Source: a virus. From it: a stretch of 40,980 bases of DNA. The stretch lies in UHGV virus genome UHGV-0233651; one strand, written 5' to 3'. Position numbers and translations under genes: made by a program. Below are positions 36,042-40,980 of this stretch, piece after piece (position 1 is the first letter of the stretch; each line of letters begins with the position of its first letter). The notes beneath the pieces were generated by a model. It did not search any database. It was not told where the DNA came from and saw nothing but the letters and a program-made list of their open reading frames with translations.

Positions 36042-36067
36042 ATTTTAATTAGAGAGGTTGATTTTAT

Positions 36068-36313
36068 GTGGAAAAGTACGGTGATAACTTTTGGTACATC
36101 ATTCTAAATGATAAACGACCAAAAAACAGAAATGTTATTTCGATTCAAATTAAAAAGAACTATTCAATAATTGAACTATCAACAGAAGCCGATCCCGATA
36201 TTATTGATCAATGCAAATTGATTTATCTAGGACAAGGCTTCTTTTTTGATCCTAAAATTCAAATAGAAATAGCAAAGCATGTGAGGAGAATAAATATAAA
36301 TGCGAATCGTTAA
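36068..36313 (+). CDS. hypothetical protein (81 aa)
   Basis: The GTG start follows GAGAGG. It lies immediately upstream of the ParB-MTase and overlaps it. Confidence 0.4.
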   Translation: MEKYGDNFWYIILNDKRPKNRNVISIQIKKNYSIIELSTEADPDIIDQCKLIYLGQGFFFDPKIQIEIAKHVRRININANR

Positions 36314-37565
36314 GATGAAATTATCTGATTTAAAACCAGCAGATTATAATCCGCGAATCGAACTCAAACCAGGGATGCCGGAATTTGAAAAACTATCGCG
36401 ATCTATTGAAGAGTTTGGATTTATTGATCCGCCAATTTTCAATGAGAGGACAGGCAATCTGATCGGAGGTCATCAGCGTGTCGCTGTGGCCTCATATCTT
36501 GGCAGCTACGACGAGATCGAAGTGTCTGTTGTAGATTTACCTCTAAAGAAAGAAAAAACTCTCAACGTTGCTCTCAATAAAATTTCTGGACGTTGGGATG
36601 AAGAGAAACTTGCAATACTATTAAAAGATATTGATTCTGACGTGACTTTGACAGGATTCGATGATGATGAAGTAGATAATTTGATTGCTGCTTATGATTA
36701 CAAAGAGGATATTGAAAAACCAATCGTAGAAGATGATTTCGATGTAAATCAGTTTGTTGAAGATCATCCTGAACCAAAAACGAAACTTGGCCAGCTTTGG
36801 AAACTGGGTGATCACTACCTATTATGTGGTGATGCGACAAAATCAGAAGACATCGACAAGTTACTGCAGGGGAAGAAAGCCGATCTTATTGTGACCGATC
36901 CGCCTTATAACGTAGCTGTTTCATCTGACAGCCAAGAACTGCAGGAATCTGGTCGCGCCAAGATAATGAATGACAATATGTCAGACAGTGATTTTGATGA
37001 TTTTCTTACTGCAGTATTTAATAACTATTCAGCATCGATGAATCCTAATGCTGCTATTTATGTTTTTCATGGTTCTTCTTATCAAAGAGAATTCGAAAAC
37101 GCAATGAACGCTGCTGATATCATGGTTCGGTCCCAATGTATTTGGGTGAAGAATAATGCAACCTTTGGGTGGAGCCAGTACCGTTGGCAGCATGAACCGG
37201 TCTTTTATGCATACAAGAAAAATGAAGCTCCAGCATGGTATGGAGACCGAAAACAAACAACGGTTTGGCAAGATGATCTGTTGGAAGATTTACCAGCGAC
37301 GGTATGGCGTATCAATCGGGATGATACGACAAAATACTATCATCCAACACAGAAGCCACTATCGTTAATTGCTATACCTGTTAGAAACAGTTCCAAAAGA
37401 AACGATGTTGTTTTGGATCTTTTTGGTGGTTCAGGAAGTACCTTAATGACTTGCGATCAATTGGAGCGTGTTTGTTTTACCCTTGAACTGGACCCAATCT
37501 TTTGTGACGTGATCATTGAACGTTGGGAACAAGCAACAGGGAAGAAAGCCGAATTAATTTCATAA
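36300..37565 (+). CDS. ParB-like nuclease domain fused to an N6-adenine/N4-cytosine DNA methyltransferase (beta-class, orphan)
   Basis: The N-terminus KLSDLKPADYNPRI...GGHQRV is ParB/Srx-like. Motif IV is IVTDPPYNV. The C-terminal motif I is LFGGSGST. Confidence 0.8.
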   Translation: MRIVKMKLSDLKPADYNPRIELKPGMPEFEKLSRSIEEFGFIDPPIFNERTGNLIGGHQRVAVASYLGSYDEIEVSVVDLPLKKEKTLNVALNKISGRWDEEKLAILLKDIDSDVTLTGFDDDEVDNLIAAYDYKEDIEKPIVEDDFDVNQFVEDHPEPKTKLGQLWKLGDHYLLCGDATKSEDIDKLLQGKKADLIVTDPPYNVAVSSDSQELQESGRAKIMNDNMSDSDFDDFLTAVFNNYSASMNPNAAIYVFHGSSYQREFENAMNAADIMVRSQCIWVKNNATFGWSQYRWQHEPVFYAYKKNEAPAWYGDRKQTTVWQDDLLEDLPATVWRINRDDTTKYYHPTQKPLSLIAIPVRNSSKRNDVVLDLFGGSGSTLMTCDQLERVCFTLELDPIFCDVIIERWEQATGKKAELIS

Positions 37566-37617
37566 AAAAGAGGCCGGTGCGCTAACACCAGCCCTTTCCA
37601 GGGACACAAGCCCCAAA

Positions 37618-37665
37618 GACACAGAAACCACACGCGCGTGCTTTTACCACAGTTCTGTGTCTTTT
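37618..37665 (+). terminator. GC-rich hairpin in a GC island after the MTase gene
   Basis: GACACAGAA-(26 nt containing CACGCGCGTG)-TTCTGTGTC is followed by TTTT. It is preceded by a second hairpin GGCCGGTG/CACCAGCC at 37572..37593. Confidence 0.45.
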
Positions 37666-37697
37666 AGCATTCTATCAAACGCGGGGTGCTTGTACAA

Positions 37698-37913
37698 ATG
37701 AAATTTGAAGGTATAAACGATGAGAACTTGGAATATGAAATAGAAAAAGCCATAGAGCAGGCAGAATCAATCGAGGAGTATAAAAAGATCATTCGTATCG
37801 CTCTTGGTAAATGGTTAAAGAACCTGCAATCAGGTGAAATTAAGCTAAACACTGTCAGCGATTTGAAGCTGCTGATTGAAGCGGACCTGATGCTTAAAGA
37901 TATTGAGAAATAG
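37698..37913 (+). CDS. hypothetical small protein upstream of terS
   Basis: ATG 37698 follows GGGGTG, whereas the track start at 37686 is a GTG. Confidence 0.4.
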   Translation: MKFEGINDENLEYEIEKAIEQAESIEEYKKIIRIALGKWLKNLQSGEIKLNTVSDLKLLIEADLMLKDIEK

Positions 37914-37959
37914 AAAAACGAAACTCAATTCTATTTGATTGTGAGGTGGTGGTGAATGG

Positions 37960-38796
37960 ATGGCTAGAAAAAGAGACTCAAGACGTGATCAAGCAAAGTT
38001 AATCTGGATTGATTCCAACGGCGAAAAGCTTTTAAAAGATATTGCAGCCGATCTTGGCGTTTCCGATTCTCAGATCAGAAAATGGAAATCAATAGATAAA
38101 TGGAGTGATGATTTGAAAAGTAACGTTACCAATGACAAAAGTAACGTTACCAATTCAATAGGTGCTCCAGTTGGGAATGAGAACGCTAAAGGGAACCGGG
38201 GAAATAGTCGTGCTTCGCCGCCAAAGGGAAATAAAAATGCATTAAAGACTGGCGAGTTTGAAACGATTTATTATGATCTGTTGAGTGATGATGAGAAGGC
38301 CATCTACTCAGCAGATTTTTCTCTCGCTGATCGTTTGAATCAAGATATTCAAGAATTGACCATGCGTAAGTATCGTATGATGAAACGTATTAAGAACGCC
38401 GAGAACGGTCTTGATCTCGTAGAATCTGAAAAGCTCTACGAACTTCGAGGTAGAAAACAATACGTTGATTCTGTCAAAGGTGGCAAAAAGATTTCTATTG
38501 AAGTGCCACAAGTCACTATGACTGAGATGAAAGAAAAGTCTATTCGAAAAATTGAAGACATACTTCGTATTGAGGATGCTTTGACTAGGATTAGTAATCA
38601 ATTGACCAGGACAATTAAGCAGCTAGAAGAAATCACTTTAAATGAAAAGCGCATGCAGGTCTTTGATGCTCAAATCAAAAAGCTAAAAGCTGAAACAAAT
38701 GAAATCGGTGGTGCTTCAAGCGGCGATGAGGTTAAAGATTGGAAACAAGCAGTAATCACTGCAGCAAACAAACGGGCGGTGAAAGAGGATGGGTAA
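37960..38796 (+). CDS. terS: terminase small subunit
   Basis: The N-terminal HTH is LLKDIAADLGVSDSQIRKWK. It lies directly upstream of, and overlaps, the large terminase gene. Confidence 0.65.
   Translation: MARKRDSRRDQAKLIWIDSNGEKLLKDIAADLGVSDSQIRKWKSIDKWSDDLKSNVTNDKSNVTNSIGAPVGNENAKGNRGNSRASPPKGNKNALKTGEFETIYYDLLSDDEKAIYSADFSLADRLNQDIQELTMRKYRMMKRIKNAENGLDLVESEKLYELRGRKQYVDSVKGGKKISIEVPQVTMTEMKEKSIRKIEDILRIEDALTRISNQLTRTIKQLEEITLNEKRMQVFDAQIKKLKAETNEIGGASSGDEVKDWKQAVITAANKRAVKEDG
38116..38154 (+). repeat. 21-bp tandem direct repeat AAAAGTAACGTTACCAAT (two copies), each containing the 10-bp palindrome GTAACGTTAC
   Basis: The two 18-nt copies are identical. The repeat lies inside terS, where it encodes SNVTNDKSNVTNS. 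Confidence 0.6.
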
Positions 38797-40204
38797 TGCA
38801 TTCGTTCCTTTTGCAGATATAGGGGCTGCAATAGATTATTACTACGATAAGCCTGTTGCATTTTGTGAGGATATCTTACATTTTGATCCTGATGAATGGC
38901 AGGAGGATGTCCTAGAAGATTTGGCTGAGTTCCCAAAAGTTTCAGTTAGATCCGGCCAAGGAGTGGGAAAAACAGCATTAGAAGCTGGGGCGATTTTATG
39001 GTTTCTAACCTGTAGACCTTATGCGAAAGTCATTGCTACCGCTCCGACAATGAAACAACTTTATGACGTTCTTTGGGCAGAGGTCGCAAAGTGGCTTAAT
39101 AATAGTTTAATCAAAGATTTATTGAAGTGGACTAAGACAAAAGTCTATATGGTCGGCGATTCTGAGCGATGGTTTGCTACTGCGCGTACAGCGACTAAGC
39201 CGGAGAATATGCAAGGATTTCACGAAGATCATATGTTTATTGTTGTAGATGAGGCCTCGGGGGTTTCCGATCAGATCATGGAAGCCATTCTGGGTACTTT
39301 ATCAGGCATGGACAATAAACTATTAATGTGTGGGAACCCAAACAACATAGAAGGTGTCTTCTATGATTCCCATAATTCTGATAGAGACAAATATCGAGTT
39401 CATAAAGTTTCTAGTTACGATAGTAAGCGTACAAACAAAGAAAATATAGAGATGATTATCACCAAGTATGGAAAAGATAGCGATGTAGCAAGAGTTCGTA
39501 TATTCGGGGAATTTCCTAAAGGTGCCCTAGATTCATTTATCAGCCTTGAAACGGTTGAGCTTGCAGTTGAAAGCAAAACCAATAATTCATCAGTCAATAA
39601 ATCGACTGTAGCTCACATAGGAGTCGATGTTGCTAGATACGGAGACGATTCAACGATTCTGTTTCCCAGAATTGCGACCAGAGCTTTAAAATATGAGAAA
39701 TATTCTAAGCGTAGCACGATGGAAACCACGGGTTATGTGATTAGTCTGGCAAAAAAATTGATTAGACAGTATCCCAATATCGATAAAGTTGTTATAAAAG
39801 TTGATGATACAGGCGTTGGTGGAGGTGTTACTGACAGATTAGAAGAATTGATTGAGGATAACAAGTACCCTTTTGAAGTTCATGGAGTTAATAATGGATC
39901 AGCATCAGAAGACGACTTTTACGATAATTTAGGTACTCAATTGTGGGGAAATATCAAAGAGATTTTAGAAGAAAATATGACGGCAAATCTCAATGGAGAA
40001 GAACCAGTTATTGAGTTGCCGAATGATAGTGCACTAATCAAAGAACTAAGTACTCGTAAATTCAAAATGACAAGTAGAAGTCGTATCCGCTTAGAAAGTA
40101 AAGACGATATGAAAAAAAGAAATATCGGAAGTCCGGATATAGCCGATGCGTTATCACTTGCATTCTACGAACCAGATACTAAATACAAGTTTATTGCTTA
40201 TTAG
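38789..40204 (+). CDS. terL: terminase large subunit (PBSX/SPP1-like)
   Basis: Walker A is SGQGVGKT. Walker B is FIVVDEASG. The C-terminus is a nuclease region. Confidence 0.85.
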   Translation: MGNAFVPFADIGAAIDYYYDKPVAFCEDILHFDPDEWQEDVLEDLAEFPKVSVRSGQGVGKTALEAGAILWFLTCRPYAKVIATAPTMKQLYDVLWAEVAKWLNNSLIKDLLKWTKTKVYMVGDSERWFATARTATKPENMQGFHEDHMFIVVDEASGVSDQIMEAILGTLSGMDNKLLMCGNPNNIEGVFYDSHNSDRDKYRVHKVSSYDSKRTNKENIEMIITKYGKDSDVARVRIFGEFPKGALDSFISLETVELAVESKTNNSSVNKSTVAHIGVDVARYGDDSTILFPRIATRALKYEKYSKRSTMETTGYVISLAKKLIRQYPNIDKVVIKVDDTGVGGGVTDRLEELIEDNKYPFEVHGVNNGSASEDDFYDNLGTQLWGNIKEILEENMTANLNGEEPVIELPNDSALIKELSTRKFKMTSRSRIRLESKDDMKKRNIGSPDIADALSLAFYEPDTKYKFIAY

Positions 40205-40215
40205 GAGGTGAGTCT

Positions 40216-40980
40216 TTGTTTTATTCAGAAATCACATTGAAAAAATATAAACGTTTAAGAACTAAATATTCAACTCAGATTGAAGAGGAGCTTTTTGATC
40301 CTAATGCTTTTATGGAAGATATGAAGCCCTTTTTCGATGATCGAGAAAGAAAGTATCTTGCTTATACTAGCGAGAAAAACGAGATCGACAGTCGTGAGAA
40401 ACCAAAAACAAAAATCATTAAGGTTAACAATAAGATTCATGCTGGAATGTATTCAGTTGTCGTTGATCAAGCAGTTAACCATTTCACTGGAATACCAATC
40501 AAATGGGATTATGATGTTTCGGAACAGAAAAGGACATTCATTCAACGAATGAGAGACAAATTACTGAGTAATGTTATCAGCGCCCCTTCTACCCCAGAAG
40601 AATTTGAAACACTCACGAGACAATTAAGTACTATGCGGTTTGGAATGTTAGACCCCGATACTGCAACATTTCAAGGAGCGACAGGGCTTGCTTTCAGATT
40701 ACTGGAGCCTGTTGAGACAAATGATGGTTGGGAACTAAGAGCAAGCAACATTGAGCCGTGGAAAGCTGAAAAGTACGAAAACGGCGCGGTGTACATTAAA
40801 GAGAAATACGATCCATATCAAAAGAAGTTTTATGAAGAGATGAAGGTTGTCACGCCGGAATCAATATTTACTTATGCTCGATATACTGATTACCCTGGCA
40901 CGGTACAAGGAGCATTTAAACCGCTGGGTAATGTTCCTAATCCCTTAGGCGTTATCAATCTAACGGAGTTTAAAAACAAT
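40216..40980 (+). CDS. portal protein, N-terminal part. It runs off the window end and continues in frame at base 1.
   Basis: The TTG start at 40216 follows AGGAGGTGA. The frame is open for exactly 255 codons to the last base. It is absent from the ORF track because it has no in-window stop and a non-ATG start. Confidence 0.65.
   Translation, partial: MFYSEITLKKYKRLRTKYSTQIEEELFDPNAFMEDMKPFFDDRERKYLAYTSEKNEIDSREKPKTKIIKVNNKIHAGMYSVVVDQAVNHFTGIPIKWDYDVSEQKRTFIQRMRDKLLSNVISAPSTPEEFETLTRQLSTMRFGMLDPDTATFQGATGLAFRLLEPVETNDGWELRASNIEPWKAEKYENGAVYIKEKYDPYQKKFYEEMKVVTPESIFTYARYTDYPGTVQGAFKPLGNVPNPLGVINLTEFKNN

Noticed and set aside
1-40980. CRISPR arrays, tRNA/tmRNA genes, rRNA, transposase/IS elements, reverse transcriptase/DGR, HNH homing endonucleases
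   Set aside because: No regularly spaced repeat-spacer array was seen. No cloverleaf-like GC-rich stretch of 70-90 nt stood out, and the only GC island (37566..37700) lacks tRNA features by eye. No ORF carries transposase, RT or HNH motifs. A tRNA scan would still be worth running on 19632..19801 and 37560..37700.

Overview
The window is almost certainly a complete ~41-kb temperate siphophage genome. It has low GC content and Lactobacillales-type features (Enterococcus-like ones such as an ArpU regulator and an LL-H-type holin). No bacterial flanks are visible. The portal gene is split across the two window ends in frame (40216..40980 continues at 1..771), so the contig is a circular or circularly permuted molecule. 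This fits an SPP1-like headful (pac) packaging module.

Gene order, on the plus strand unless noted:
- Head module: portal C-terminus, Mu-F/gp7-like minor head protein, scaffold, major capsid, head-tail connectors, major tail protein.
- Tail module: tail chaperone G with a -1 frameshift extension (G-T), tape measure, Dit, and a Tal carrying lysozyme-like plus CHAP domains.
- Fibre and lysis: a separate CHAP protein, a BppU-like baseplate protein, a fibre/RBP cassette with collagen-like repeats, XkdX, holin and CHAP endolysin.
- Moron and lysogeny genes on the minus strand: a basic small protein, two lipoproteins, tyrosine integrase and a cI-like S24 repressor.
- Early region: cro, antirepressor, a Myb-like repeat protein, an SbcC/Rad50-like ATPase with a zinc hook, RecT, an MBL-fold hydrolase, a replication initiator with embedded iterons, a DnaC-like loader, a DUF1064 protein and an acidic protein.
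- Accessory and late-control region: a LemA plus two-TM membrane protein cassette, tiny ORFs, the ArpU late regulator, a ParB-nuclease-domain/N6(N4) methyltransferase fusion, terS and terL.

Regulatory elements called from the sequence:
- the cI/cro operator-promoter switch;
- several intrinsic terminators;
- a phased 11-bp repeat array after arpU;
- GC-rich conserved motifs before two late-gene blocks;
- a palindromic tandem repeat inside terS.

All protein functions are inferred from motifs and synteny read by eye. No database search was run.
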